Positions 1 through 10,534 are shown, counted from the whole stretch's first letter. The stretch: 60,794 nt of DNA, filler included, from a candidate division TA06 bacterium SM23_40 (GCA_001303705.1; 6 parts of 6 records of this genome joined end to end with filler, not necessarily neighbours in it), one strand, 5' to 3'. Notes: generated by a model from the letters alone, not told the origin. Numbers and translations: made by a program.

Positions 1-1
1 C

Positions 2-1771
2 GATACGTACTCGTGCGACACTGCGGGAGAGGGGGCCGGCACCTTCGGTATCGGACTGCTCATCGACGGCGGAGGAGGAGATGAATACTCGGCGGCGATC
101 TTCTCCCAGGGATTCGGGTACGTCCACGGCATCGGCGTGATCGCTGAGGCTGGGGGCAACGACACGTACACGGTGGGTGGTGTGTACCTCGACGAACTCC
201 GCTACTTCGACCACCACCTCTCCCTCTCGCAGGGGTTCGGGTTCGGGATGCGGCCGTGGGCCTCAGGAGGCATCGGCCTCATCGTCGAGGACGGCGGCAA
301 CGATACGTATGTGTCCGACATTTTCGGACAGGGATCGAGCTACTGGTTCGCCCTGGGGAGCATCGTCGAGGCTGAGGGTAACGACACCTATGTCTCATAC
401 CAGTACGCACAGGGGGCGGGAACTCATATCACTGTGGGCACCCTCCTCGACCTCTCGGGGGACGACAACTATGTCTCGCATGGAGTCTCCCAGGGATGCG
501 GCCATGACCTGGCGCTCGGGCTGCTCTGGGATCGTGCGGGCGAGGATAACTATGCGACAGAGAGCCTGTCTCAGGGAGCGGGGAACGCGAACGGGGTCGG
601 CATCCTGATGGACGAAGCAGGAGATGACAACTACCTGATCAGGACTCTGGGCAACACACAGGGATATGGTGACTTCCGGCGCGAGTACGGGAGCATCGGC
701 CTGCTCCTCGACCTCGCCGGTCGGGACTACTACTCGGGAAGAGGAGGGGAGGGGACAGACTGGGTGTCGAGCAATTACGGGTTAGGGATGGATCGCGAGT
801 CCCCGCCCGCGGAGGAAGCGGCCCCTGTGGAAGAGGAAGTCGCCCCGTCGGAGTCTGGCGCCGAGGCGGAGGCAGAGGGCGAGCGGGAACGACCGGCGAG
901 GCAGCCGGAGGAGATGAGGGCTGAGGTGAAGCGGCTCTTCATCCGTGCCGCGTCCGGTGCGCTCAAGTACGCTGCCGTGCGTGACTCGGCCAAGGCGGCA
1001 CTCATCGACATGGGCGCGGACGCGGCTCCCTATCTGGCCGATGAGCTGGGGACAGACAACGCTCGGGAGCGCCACACAGTGGAAGACCTGTTCAAGGCCG
1101 TAGGGGAACCAGCGCTGCCGGCACTTATCGAGAGACTGACGCCTGCACCCCGGGATTTCGAACAGGGGCGCGCAGTGCGCCTGGCGGTGAGGATCCTGGG
1201 AGAGATCGGGGACGACAGGGCGACGGAGCCGGTGGCCGCACTTGCCGATGCGGAAGACTGGGCGATGCGGTCCGCCGTCTGCCGGGCACTGGGACAACTC
1301 GGCCAGGCATCGACGGTACCGGTTCTCATCGACGCGTTGGGGGACGAGGTTGAGATCGTGCGGAAGAGTGCTGCGGTCGCGCTCGGCGAGATCGGGGACG
1401 AGGCAGCCGTCCCCGCATTGATGGATGCACTGAACGATTCGTTCTACAGCGTGCGCTATCCTGCGATGAAAGCGTTGGTGAAGATCGGAGCGCCGGCCGT
1501 CGAACCGCTCCTGGCGGCCCTCGGCGAGACAGGTGTGGCGGGTCGCGTCTACGCAATCGAGGCGTTGGGCGAGATCGGTGATCGGCGGGCCATTTCGGTT
1601 CTCATCGATGTACTCGGCGATCCCGACTGGGCGATCCGCGCGCCTGCCGCGCGGGCTCTCGGCTCATTCGACTCGGGACGGTCGCGGACCGCACTCGAGA
1701 CGCTCCTCGAGCGAGAAGACCATCCGTTCGTGCTTGCCGCAGTGCACGAGGCGCTCGCCTCTGGAGAGTGA
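2..1771 (+). CDS. Protein with GxGxLxDxxGxDxY repeats fused to C-terminal HEAT (PBS-lyase-like) repeats; 5' end lies outside the window
   Basis: Frame is open from base 2 (DTYSCDTAGEGAGTFGIGLLIDGGGGDEY...). Repeated D..G.D.Y..SQG.G units, an acidic linker, then HEAT units (VRKSAAVALGEIGD, AIEALGEIGD). Confidence 0.8.
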   Translation, partial: DTYSCDTAGEGAGTFGIGLLIDGGGGDEYSAAIFSQGFGYVHGIGVIAEAGGNDTYTVGGVYLDELRYFDHHLSLSQGFGFGMRPWASGGIGLIVEDGGNDTYVSDIFGQGSSYWFALGSIVEAEGNDTYVSYQYAQGAGTHITVGTLLDLSGDDNYVSHGVSQGCGHDLALGLLWDRAGEDNYATESLSQGAGNANGVGILMDEAGDDNYLIRTLGNTQGYGDFRREYGSIGLLLDLAGRDYYSGRGGEGTDWVSSNYGLGMDRESPPAEEAAPVEEEVAPSESGAEAEAEGERERPARQPEEMRAEVKRLFIRAASGALKYAAVRDSAKAALIDMGADAAPYLADELGTDNARERHTVEDLFKAVGEPALPALIERLTPAPRDFEQGRAVRLAVRILGEIGDDRATEPVAALADAEDWAMRSAVCRALGQLGQASTVPVLIDALGDEVEIVRKSAAVALGEIGDEAAVPALMDALNDSFYSVRYPAMKALVKIGAPAVEPLLAALGETGVAGRVYAIEALGEIGDRRAISVLIDVLGDPDWAIRAPAARALGSFDSGRSRTALETLLEREDHPFVLAAVHEALASGE

Positions 1772-1774
1772 TGG

Positions 1775-2479
1775 GTGCAGAGAAAGGATCAGATCGTCAA
1801 GCTCGAGGACGTATCCAAAGAGTACCGTGTGGGAAGGATCGCGGTTCCCGCGATCCGCGGCATCACGCTCTCGATAGATGCCGGCGCGTTTCTCTCGATT
1901 GCCGGCCCCTCCGGTTCAGGGAAGACGACCCTCCTCAACCTCATCGGCTGCATCGACAGGCCTACGGCCGGCTCGGTATACCTCGAAGGGACTGAGATCT
2001 CTGCCCTGCCCTCCTCGCGTCTTGCTGAGATCCGCAGTTCTTCCCTTGGATTCATCTTCCAGACGTTCAATCTCGTTCCCGTGCTGAGCGCGCTGGAGAA
2101 TGTTGAGTTTCCCCTCGTCATCTCCGGAACTATGGGGGGCCGGGAACGCCGCAGGAGAGCGCAGGAGATGCTCGAGGAAGTCGGGCTCGCCGACCTTATG
2201 GGGCGGCGGCCCAACGAGCTGAGCGGCGGGCAGCAACAGCGAATCGCCGTGGCCCGGGCCCTCGTCAAGCAGCCCGCAATCGTCCTCGCCGACGAGCCGA
2301 CAGCGAATCTCGATTCGGGCACGGGAGGGAGTATTCTCGAGCTGATGCGGGAGATGAACGAGCGTCGGGGGACGACATTCCTCTTTTCCACTCACGACAG
2401 GATGGTGATGGAGTACGCACGCCGGCTGATCCTGCTCCGCGATGGCAGGATCGAGCGGGACGATGGAGAGGTCTCATGA
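1775..2479 (+). CDS. ABC transporter ATP-binding protein, LolD/MacB type
   Basis: Walker A GPSGSGKT, signature LSGGQQQRIAVARAL, LADEPTANLD, STHD. Confidence 0.95.
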   Translation: MQRKDQIVKLEDVSKEYRVGRIAVPAIRGITLSIDAGAFLSIAGPSGSGKTTLLNLIGCIDRPTAGSVYLEGTEISALPSSRLAEIRSSSLGFIFQTFNLVPVLSALENVEFPLVISGTMGGRERRRRAQEMLEEVGLADLMGRRPNELSGGQQQRIAVARALVKQPAIVLADEPTANLDSGTGGSILELMREMNERRGTTFLFSTHDRMVMEYARRLILLRDGRIERDDGEVS

Positions 2480-3717
2480 GCCCGGTGCTCGTTCGTCTCG
2501 CCTTTCGGAATGTGTTTCGCAACCGGAAGCGGTCGATCATCACCTTCCTCTCTATCTCGCTCGGACTGGCAGCCCTCGTATTCGGCCAGGGTCTGATGCT
2601 CGGCATCGGGAACGAGTCGATGAAGAATATTATCGACTACCAAACCGCCCACCTTACTATATCTCCTCCTGGCTATCTCGATATGAAGGAGACCTCGCTC
2701 TCCCCTTCCGTACCCGACTATCCAGAGATACTCAACTCGTTGGAGAGGTTGCCGCACGTCGAGGGGGCTACCGCGCGGATCGTTGTGCCGGCGGTTCTGA
2801 ACGACGGCATGAACGACCTTCCGTGCCTGGCGTCTGGCGTCGATGTCCAGACTGACGGGCATGTATTCCGGCTTGCGGATGTAGTCGCGGAAGGACGTTA
2901 TCTTCAGGGGCAGCGGCTCGAGATGGTTGTCGGCACAAGGCTGGCCGGACAATTCGCTGCCCGCCCGGGCGACCGGCTGAACGTTATCATGCAGGACCGG
3001 GGTGGGGAGATCGAGGTGCAGAGCCTCGAGGTCGCCGGCCTGGTAGATACGGGGAATCCGACCGTCGACAGAGGTTCGCTCTTCATTCCTCTCGGAGTCA
3101 TGCAGCGGGCTCTCGGCATGGAAGGTCAAGCGACCGAGGTGGCTGTTCGACTCAGGCGAGCAAGCGACGTCGGCGCCGGAAGAGCGGCGATCGCATCGTT
3201 TCTCGCGGCGGAAGGTCTCGATCTCGATGTCTCCGAGTGGACCGAGCTTGCCGGGGATTTCCTCAGGCTCCACCGGCTGAAGAAGCGTGCCTTCGGCGTC
3301 ATGACAGGCGTTATCGTTCTTCTCGCAGCGGTCGGCATCGTGAATACGATGCTCATGGCCTCGTTCGAGCGGACCCGGGAGATGGGAATGATGATGGCGA
3401 TGGGGATGAAGGCGAGGACAGTGCTCATTCTCTTCCTGCTCGAAGGGGCGGTGCTCGGGCTCTTCGGCGGCCTTGCCGGAGGTCTGTTGGGGGGAGCGGC
3501 GACGTACTACACTGAGGTGCACGGCATCGACATCGGGGCTATGTACGGTGACATCGATATCGGATACCCGATTCGCGATGTGTTGAGGGGAGATCTGACC
3601 GTGGGTACCCTCATCGGTACGCTCTGCTTCGGCGTGGTCGTCTCCGTGCTGGCGAGTCTGTACCCCGCCTGGCGCGCTTCGAAGCTCGTGCCGAGCGAAG
3701 CATTGCGTCATGTCTAG
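2476..3717 (+). CDS. ABC transporter permease, FtsX/LolCE (MacB-PCD) type
   Basis: LAFRNVFRNRKRS N-terminus, one TM, large periplasmic domain, NTMLMASFERTREMG, C-terminal YPAWRASKL; ATGA overlap with the ATPase. Confidence 0.92.
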   Translation: MSPVLVRLAFRNVFRNRKRSIITFLSISLGLAALVFGQGLMLGIGNESMKNIIDYQTAHLTISPPGYLDMKETSLSPSVPDYPEILNSLERLPHVEGATARIVVPAVLNDGMNDLPCLASGVDVQTDGHVFRLADVVAEGRYLQGQRLEMVVGTRLAGQFAARPGDRLNVIMQDRGGEIEVQSLEVAGLVDTGNPTVDRGSLFIPLGVMQRALGMEGQATEVAVRLRRASDVGAGRAAIASFLAAEGLDLDVSEWTELAGDFLRLHRLKKRAFGVMTGVIVLLAAVGIVNTMLMASFERTREMGMMMAMGMKARTVLILFLLEGAVLGLFGGLAGGLLGGAATYYTEVHGIDIGAMYGDIDIGYPIRDVLRGDLTVGTLIGTLCFGVVVSVLASLYPAWRASKLVPSEALRHV

Positions 3718-3778
3718 GTAGGGTTCCCGTGGGACTGCCGTTTCATGGGCGGGACCCGAGTTCCGCCCCCGGGCCGGG

Positions 3779-5035
3779 ATGAGGAGAAAGATGAAGATCA
3801 CCTATCTCGCGGCGATGGCGGGGCGCAACTCGATGCGGAACCGCAGGCGTACCCTCCTCACCTTCTCCGCTGTGGCTATCGTCGTCGCCGCGATCGCGTT
3901 CGGCCAGGCATGGCTGGGCGGCATCGTCCACACGATCTTCGATAATTACATCCGTCTCCAGGCGGGCCACATCAAGATATACCACAAAGCCTATCAGGAG
4001 AAGGAGCAGATGCTCCCGGTGGACCTCGCCGTCGAAGGAGTCTCCACCATGGGAGCGCGGGTTGCTCGGCTCGATGGTGTCGCGGAGGTGAGCCCACGCA
4101 TTCGATTCGGAGGGCTGCTGAGCGCGGGGGAGCGAACGGCATTCGGTACAGGGCTCGCCCTTGTCCCCGAGACCGAGAGCAGGGTGATGAAACTCTCCGG
4201 GCTCATCGCTGAGGGGCGCTATCTGACGGGAGCCGAACGCGGCATACTCCTGGGCATCCGGCTTGCAGAGAGCTTGGGCGTGGCCCGAGGGGATACGGTT
4301 GCCATCATTACGCGGACATCACGCGGTGCCATGTCGGCGATGGGCTTCGAGGTCGTGGGCCTCATCTCCTCCGGGATCGGTGCCCTGGACAGGCGCTCGT
4401 TTTACGTTACGCTTCCTGCGGCGCACCGGCTCATCGGTCTGGAGGACAGTGCAACCGAGTTGGTTGTAATGCTGGAGGACCACAATACGTCACGCGAGGT
4501 GGCACGTGAGATAGGATCGGTGCTGCGGGAAATGGGAGTCGATGAGTGGTACGTGGCCGTGCCCTGGCAGGGCCAGGGGGAGTTTTCCTCGGCCGTCGCC
4601 TCGGTATTGGTGAGCGTTGGCATCGTCACTTCGATCTTCTTCTTCGTCGGGGGACTGACTATCTTCAACACGATGCTGATGTCTGTGTTCGAGCGGACGC
4701 GTGAGATCGGGATGATGCGTGCGCTCGGGCTCAAGGCAGGTGGGATCATCTGTCTCTTCCTCCTCGAGGCTCTGGTGATCGCAAGCATAGGAGGGGTGTG
4801 TGGGGCCGTGGTCGGGAGCGGCGTGGCGCTCTGTCTCCAATCCACGGGAATCCCCCTGGGTGGGGCAATGGAGAATGTCAGCTTCCCCATCGGAAACGTG
4901 CTCCATCCTCGATGGTCGCCGCGTCAGCCGCTGTACGCCTTCATCTTCGGATTGGTGATGGCCATGGCCGCGGCAGTCTACCCTGCTCATCGGGCGTCGC
5001 GGCTCGTCCCCAGTGAGTGTCTCCGCGCCATATGA
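3779..5035 (+). CDS. Second FtsX/LolCE-type ABC permease (start may be ATG 3791)
   Basis: RNSMRNRRRTLLT, NTMLMSVFERTREIGMMRALG, YPAHRASRL. Confidence 0.92.
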   Translation: MRRKMKITYLAAMAGRNSMRNRRRTLLTFSAVAIVVAAIAFGQAWLGGIVHTIFDNYIRLQAGHIKIYHKAYQEKEQMLPVDLAVEGVSTMGARVARLDGVAEVSPRIRFGGLLSAGERTAFGTGLALVPETESRVMKLSGLIAEGRYLTGAERGILLGIRLAESLGVARGDTVAIITRTSRGAMSAMGFEVVGLISSGIGALDRRSFYVTLPAAHRLIGLEDSATELVVMLEDHNTSREVAREIGSVLREMGVDEWYVAVPWQGQGEFSSAVASVLVSVGIVTSIFFFVGGLTIFNTMLMSVFERTREIGMMRALGLKAGGIICLFLLEALVIASIGGVCGAVVGSGVALCLQSTGIPLGGAMENVSFPIGNVLHPRWSPRQPLYAFIFGLVMAMAAAVYPAHRASRLVPSECLRAI

Positions 5036-5093
5036 AAGCCAGAAGAGAGCTCTCCCGCTGCGAAGACTTTCCCTCCGGGCCCGCCGTGCGGGG

Positions 5094-5122
5094 TTGACAC
5101 CTGTATACGGTGATGGTAGAAT
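5094..5122 (+). promoter_or_regulatory. sigma70-type promoter upstream of aconitase
   Basis: TTGACA-17 bp-TAGAAT with an extended -10 TG. Confidence 0.65.
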
Positions 5123-5280
5123 CGCCGTCCGTCCCGTGAGAACGCGGGTACTCTGTGTCATGGCCGCGAGGGCTCACGCGATCGGGTCGAAGGATCTACG
5201 TTCGGATGGCCACGTTATCTTACCACAGGTGTTGACGTTGTCGCCCCTCAGCGGGGTGACCGTCGTATCAGGAGGCGGGC

Positions 5281-7206
5281 ATGGGAAGAAATCTGGCAAC
5301 GAAGATATTGGAGGAGCACCTCGTCTCGGGCGAGCTCGGGCCGGGCAAGGAGATCGGCATCTCCATCGATCAGACGCTGACACAGGATGCTACCGGGACG
5401 ATGGCCTATCTGCAGTTTGAGGCAATGAGGATCCCCAGGGTCAAGACCAAGCTCTCGGTCAGCTATGTGGATCACAATACACTGCAGAGCGGGTTCGAGA
5501 ACGCCGACGACCACCGATTCCTCCAGTCGGTCGCCGCCAAGCACGGAGTGTACTTCTCCAGGCCGGGCAACGGCATCTGCCACCAGGTCCATCTCGAACG
5601 GTTTGCGGTTCCGGGCGAGACGCTCCTCGGATCAGATAGTCACACTCCGACGGCGGGGGGACTGGGTATGATCGCCATCGGCGCGGGGGGCCTCGATGTC
5701 GCGGTTGCCATGGCCGGCCGGCCCTTCTATCTGACGACCCCCAGGATCCTCCGCATCATGCTGGAGGGGGAACTCGGCCCGTGGGTGAGTGCGAAGGACG
5801 TCATTCTCGCGGTGCTGCAGAAGCTCTCCGTCAAGGGGGGCGTCGGGAAGATCGTCGAGTATACAGGTCCGGGCGTCGGCTCGCTATCGGTCCCCCAGCG
5901 GGCTACCATCACGAACATGGGCGCGGAGCTCGGGGCGACGACATCGATCTTCCCGAGCGATGAGGTGACGAGGAAGTTTCTCCGCAGTCAGAAGCGCGAG
6001 CAGGTCTGGACGGCACTCGCTGCCGATGAGGACGCCGGGTATGATGAGACAGTCGTCATGGATCTCTCATCTCTCGAGCCGCTCATCGCCCAGCCGCACA
6101 GCCCGGACAATGTGACGTCGGTGCGGGAGCTCGCAGGCACCCCGGTCGATCAGGTCGCCATCGGGAGTTGCACCAATTCCTCGTACCGCGAACTCATGAC
6201 CGTGGCTGCGATCCTACAAGGTAAGACGATCCCGCCGAACGTCAGCCTCGTCATCTCCCCTGGGTCGCGACAGGTATATGAGACCATCGCCCGCAGCGGA
6301 GCGCTCGCCGACCTGATCGCCTCGGGAGCGCGGATACTGGAGTCGGCCTGCGGCCCGTGCATCGGCATGGGGCAGTCTCCGCCCTCCAAAGGAGTCACTC
6401 TGCGCACATTCAACAGGAATTTCGTGGGGAGGAGCGGGACAAAGGATGCCCTCGTCTATCTGGTGAGCCCTGAGGTCGCCGCAGCCACGGCGCTCCGCGG
6501 CGTCATTACCGACCCGCGCGATCTCGGGGATCCTGTCGAGATCCCGGAGGTCGATGAGTTCGAGATCGATGATCGGATGATTCTGCCGCCGGCTGAGGAT
6601 CCCGATTCGGTGGAAGTGATTCGGGGGCCGAACATCAAGCCGCTTCCTCTCAAAGACCCGCTCGAAAATCTCGTGTCAGGAGAGGTGCTGTTGAAGGTCG
6701 AGGACAATATCACCACCGACCACATCATGCCGGCGGGAGCCAAGATACTCCCCCTGAGATCGAATATTCCCGCGATTTCTGACCACGTCTTCGAGGGAGT
6801 CGATCCCACATTCGCCAGTAGAGCCAAGTCGGCCGGAGGCGGGTTCATCGTGGGCGGCGAGAACTATGGACAGGGGTCGAGCCGGGAACATGCTGCCCTC
6901 GCCCCCATGTATCTGGGAGTCAAGGCGGTCTTCGCTCGATCGTTTGCCAGGATCCACCGGGCCAATCTCATCAACTTCGGGATCGTGCCGTTGACCTTCG
7001 TCGACCCGGCCGACTACGAGCGTATCCAGCAGGGAGATGCACTCGAGATCGCCGGCCTGCGTGAGGCCCTGGTGCAGAACGCCGACGTGCAGGTCAAGGA
7101 TCGCACACAGAATCGGACGTTTGAGGTCAGGCACGGGCTGAGTGAGCGCCAGTGCGAGATCGTCATGGCGGGCGGGCTCCTCAACTACACCCGCGAACGC
7201 GCCTGA
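5281..7206 (+). CDS. Aconitate hydratase (short ~640-aa type)
   Basis: TQDATG, YVDHN, GNGICHQ, GSDSHT, GSCTN, CGPCIG, FNRNF, ITTDHI, NYGQGSSREHAA. Confidence 0.93.
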   Translation: MGRNLATKILEEHLVSGELGPGKEIGISIDQTLTQDATGTMAYLQFEAMRIPRVKTKLSVSYVDHNTLQSGFENADDHRFLQSVAAKHGVYFSRPGNGICHQVHLERFAVPGETLLGSDSHTPTAGGLGMIAIGAGGLDVAVAMAGRPFYLTTPRILRIMLEGELGPWVSAKDVILAVLQKLSVKGGVGKIVEYTGPGVGSLSVPQRATITNMGAELGATTSIFPSDEVTRKFLRSQKREQVWTALAADEDAGYDETVVMDLSSLEPLIAQPHSPDNVTSVRELAGTPVDQVAIGSCTNSSYRELMTVAAILQGKTIPPNVSLVISPGSRQVYETIARSGALADLIASGARILESACGPCIGMGQSPPSKGVTLRTFNRNFVGRSGTKDALVYLVSPEVAAATALRGVITDPRDLGDPVEIPEVDEFEIDDRMILPPAEDPDSVEVIRGPNIKPLPLKDPLENLVSGEVLLKVEDNITTDHIMPAGAKILPLRSNIPAISDHVFEGVDPTFASRAKSAGGGFIVGGENYGQGSSREHAALAPMYLGVKAVFARSFARIHRANLINFGIVPLTFVDPADYERIQQGDALEIAGLREALVQNADVQVKDRTQNRTFEVRHGLSERQCEIVMAGGLLNYTRERA

Positions 7207-7284
7207 TCGGCCGCCTGCCCGATGTAGAGATCGGCAGGCGGGAAAGGCGCTTCGGGCGCTTCATCTCTCATGAGGAGAGGATCT

Positions 7285-7779
7285 ATGCCAGAGCAAAGTT
7301 GGAGCGGTGCCGAGGCCCTGAAGATCGCCATCGGGATCGAGCAGGACGGCCTCGAGTTCTATACACACGCGGCCGAGCGCGCCGCATCGCGCGAGGCGAG
7401 AGAGCTGTTCCGCGGCCTGGCGAAAGACGAGCGCCAGCACCTGGAGACGCTCGAACGGGAGATCCGGCCGGCACTGGAGTCAGGGGATTGGGGATGGTCA
7501 GACAACGAGCTGATCGAGGCTTATCTCCGGAGTATCGAGCGGCCCGAGATCTTCCCCGGAGAACGCGGCGGTGCCGGGGCGGAGCGTGTGGAGGACGATC
7601 TGGAGGCGATTCAGATCGGGATAGAGGCGGAGAAGAATTCCATCAAGTACTACACGACGATGGCTGAGCAGACCGCCCATGCCGGAGGCAGACAGGCATT
7701 CGCGCGCCTCGTCCAGGAGGAGAAGGCTCATCTCGAAATGCTGTTCGGGGCCAGACAGCATCTCATTGCGCAGGAATGA
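7285..7779 (+). CDS. Rubrerythrin/ferritin-like diiron protein
   Basis: Two E...ExxH helix pairs (EQDGLEFY/DERQH, EKNSIKYY/EEKAH); SD GGAG before ATG 7285. Confidence 0.85.
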   Translation: MPEQSWSGAEALKIAIGIEQDGLEFYTHAAERAASREARELFRGLAKDERQHLETLEREIRPALESGDWGWSDNELIEAYLRSIERPEIFPGERGGAGAERVEDDLEAIQIGIEAEKNSIKYYTTMAEQTAHAGGRQAFARLVQEEKAHLEMLFGARQHLIAQE

Positions 7780-7965
7780 GCCGCTGCCTCTCGAGGCCTG
7801 ACTCCGATAGGCGGCGATGGAGGCGGTGCCATGTGTCTCTGTCCAGCGGGACGGTCCCGTGACGAGCTTGAGCGTTGCTGCGCCGGCATTCGATCGGTCT
7901 GGTCTGGTTGCCAGCGAGGGAGGTCTCGCGCCCGGCGGGCGAGAGGCCTGTCTACACGCTCAGTC

Positions 7966-8691
7966 ATGGTGTGGACTGCCCTCGCGTCGCTGTCTGTGGC
8001 ATGGATCGCGGCTGGAGTGGGGTGCGCGACGCGGGGTGAGGTTGTCGGCTTCCGCGACAGGCTCGGTCGCATGGAGGCGGGACAGATCGAGCTGCGGGAG
8101 CAGGCCGCGCGGAGCGATAGCCTCCTCGGGGTGACACTCGACGAGATCGCAGAGCTCCGTGTCGGGTTGGCGGGAGAGCTGGCTGCGCTGGCGGACAGAC
8201 TGGAGATAATCGAGGGCAAGCTCGAACTGAATCGATATCGCCTGTCGAGGATTCTGGGAAATCTCGAAGGACTGCGTCCGGAAGGTGATACACAGAATAG
8301 CGCGCGCCCCGGGACTGCGAGCGGGGATCGGGAGCTGTACGACAGCGCATACATCGATATGACCCGCGGCAACTACGATCTCGCTCTGCTCGGGTTCCGC
8401 GCTTATCTCGACAGATACCCCGCTGGGGAGCTTGTCGATGAGGCGCGATACTGGATAGGCGAGTGCTACTACGCCCTCGATCAGCCGGATAGGGCTATCG
8501 AGGCGTTTCTCGAGGTGGAGCGCTCCGCTTCTGAGCCGGATAGAATCGCGGGCGCCTTGCTGAGGGTGGCGCTCTGTCACCTGGATCGCGGTAACGTGGA
8601 GCAGGCGAGGCGCTACCTGGAGAGGGTGGTGGCAGAGCATCCTCGCAGCGACGAGGCTGCTGTCGCCCGCGAGAGACTCAAGATGCTGTGA
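7966..8691 (+). CDS. CpoB/YbgF-like coiled-coil TPR lipoprotein
   Basis: Lipobox-like AGVGC, coiled coil, LYDSAYID..GNYDLALLGF..YL..YP, ARYWIGECYY; start uncertain. Confidence 0.8.
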   Translation: MVWTALASLSVAWIAAGVGCATRGEVVGFRDRLGRMEAGQIELREQAARSDSLLGVTLDEIAELRVGLAGELAALADRLEIIEGKLELNRYRLSRILGNLEGLRPEGDTQNSARPGTASGDRELYDSAYIDMTRGNYDLALLGFRAYLDRYPAGELVDEARYWIGECYYALDQPDRAIEAFLEVERSASEPDRIAGALLRVALCHLDRGNVEQARRYLERVVAEHPRSDEAAVARERLKML

Positions 8692-8931
8692 TGATGCTCG
8701 CGCGGAAACGACATAGAGAGTGATTGGGAACAGGGGTCTGCTCAGGAACAGCGCGGGCTCGATCCGGAGTCGAGACGGAGAGGAGGTGGGGCAGCGCATG
8801 ATCACGGGATCCGAGCGACTCAGGGGAGGCCAGTGGCCTTCCCTGGACCCTGATTGCGTTCGTTGGCGGTGTGGGTCCATCTATGAAGTTACGCGAGCGG
8901 CGCATAAGCAGTTCATCACGAGGAAATCGAG

Positions 8932-9897
8932 ATGAATGTCGAACAGTGGGTGTCGCGGAAGGTGGTCATCGTCGGGGCAGGAGCAGTCGGCTCGACATTT
9001 GCCTATGCTCTTGCTCAGAATGGTCTGGCTGACGATATCGCCTTGATTGACCTGGATGACAAGTTGGTCATGGGACAGGTGCTCGATCTGGCACACGGAC
9101 AGGCGTTCTTTCCTTCAGTCAGGATACGTGAGGGGGAAAAGGGGGACTACGAGGATGCCCACGTAGTCGTCATCACAGCCGGAGCCAAGCAGCGGTCCGG
9201 AGAATCGCGCCTTGATCTACTTCAGAGAAATGTCGCAATCATTGAGCGGATAGTAGACGACATTGTCGAGCAGCGTTCGCATGCTGTGATCGTGGTGGTG
9301 AGTAACCCTGTCGATATCTTGACGTATGTGGCTCACGAACGGTCTGGCTGGCCTCGTGGGCGGGTGATCGGGTCCGGCACTGTGCTCGATAGCGCGCGTT
9401 TTCGCCACAAGCTTAGTCAGATCTGTGGGGTAGACGTACACAATGTGCACGCATACGTTCTCGGTGAGCACGGTGATAGCGAGGTACCGGCCTGGTCGAT
9501 ATCCCATCTCGCCGGCATACCGATCGAGGAATATTGTCCCGGCTGCGGCCGCTGCGAGGATTGGGAACAGACGCATCGGGAGATAGAGGAGTCGGTGAAG
9601 AGGTCGGCCTATCACATCATAGATTACAAGGGTGCGACGTATTTCGCTGTCGGGCTGGCCCTGGTGCTGATAGTCGCTGCTATTCTGCGAAATGAGAAGA
9701 GGGTGCTTACGGTTTCGGCGGTTCTCGAGGGCGAGTACGGTCAGGAGCAGGTGAGTCTCGGGGTGCCGAGTGTTGTCGGACAGATGGGTGTTGAGCGTGT
9801 GCTGGAGGCGAAGCTATCGCCACGAGACGCGGATGCGTTCTCGAGGTCGGCCTCCGTCCTGCATGTGGCACTCGCGCAGTTGCGGGGTCTGGGGTAG
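8932..9897 (+). CDS. ldh: L-lactate dehydrogenase
   Basis: GAGAVG Rossmann motif, AGAKQRSGESRLDL (Gln at the LDH specificity position), NPVD, GTVLDSARF, GEHGDS. Confidence 0.9.
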   Translation: MNVEQWVSRKVVIVGAGAVGSTFAYALAQNGLADDIALIDLDDKLVMGQVLDLAHGQAFFPSVRIREGEKGDYEDAHVVVITAGAKQRSGESRLDLLQRNVAIIERIVDDIVEQRSHAVIVVVSNPVDILTYVAHERSGWPRGRVIGSGTVLDSARFRHKLSQICGVDVHNVHAYVLGEHGDSEVPAWSISHLAGIPIEEYCPGCGRCEDWEQTHREIEESVKRSAYHIIDYKGATYFAVGLALVLIVAAILRNEKRVLTVSAVLEGEYGQEQVSLGVPSVVGQMGVERVLEAKLSPRDADAFSRSASVLHVALAQLRGLG

Positions 9898-9992
9898 AGC
9901 GCTCTCTCTGCCGAATGACCGCGCGGCCCACAACACCGTGCATCTGACCTGCCTCGAGCGCGGCACCCGTCCCCGGCCACGCACATTTTGCG

Positions 9993-10092
9993 NNNNNNNN
10001 NNNNNNNNNNNNNNNNNNNNNNNNNNNNNNNNNNNNTTAATTAATTAANNNNNNNNNNNNNNNNNNNNNNNNNNNNNNNNNNNNNNNNNNNN
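9993..10092. other. Artificial contig spacer
   Basis: N44-TTAATTAATTAA-N44, giving stops in all six frames. Confidence 0.98.
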
Positions 10093-10213
<121 letters not shown>

Positions 10214-10350
10214 TCACCCGGTCCTTTCTGAGAAGGCTTCAATATTGCACGCCTAATTATTGTACGCCTATATCCGGAATCGCACTGCTATGTCAGACAT
10301 ACTGCTGCACAGACTGCACCAGACCGCACGCCACGTCTGAGCACAACTGA

Positions 10351-10389
10351 CCGTCAGCTTGGACCATCAGCTTCGACCATCAGCCTCAA
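10351..10389. repeat. Three tandem imperfect 13-bp repeats
   Basis: CCGTCAGCTTGGA / CCATCAGCTTCGA / CCATCAGCCTCAA. Confidence 0.7.
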
Positions 10390-10439
10390 CGGAACGCGCC
10401 GCCATACCGCGCGCGACGCGCCTCGATCTGCAGAAACGT

Positions 10440-10534
<95 letters not shown>

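Noticed and set aside
2392..3801. Long antisense ORFs (e.g. 2392-3801, 10852-11985, 14104-15495, 16994-18403, 34740-35921, 38335-39408)
   Set aside because: They are shadows of real genes caused by high-GC codon bias and carry no recognisable motifs.
8850..9960. ldh as an integron cassette (CTGATTGCGTTCGTTGG upstream, CACAACACCGTGCATCTGAC downstream, seemingly lower GC)
   Set aside because: No matching RYYYAAC/GTTRRRY pair or complete attC hairpin, and no integrase.
10037..10048. TTAATTAATTAA palindrome recurring five times
   Set aside because: Always centred in N-runs; an artificial six-frame-stop linker. ORFs ending in X...LIN are truncation artifacts.
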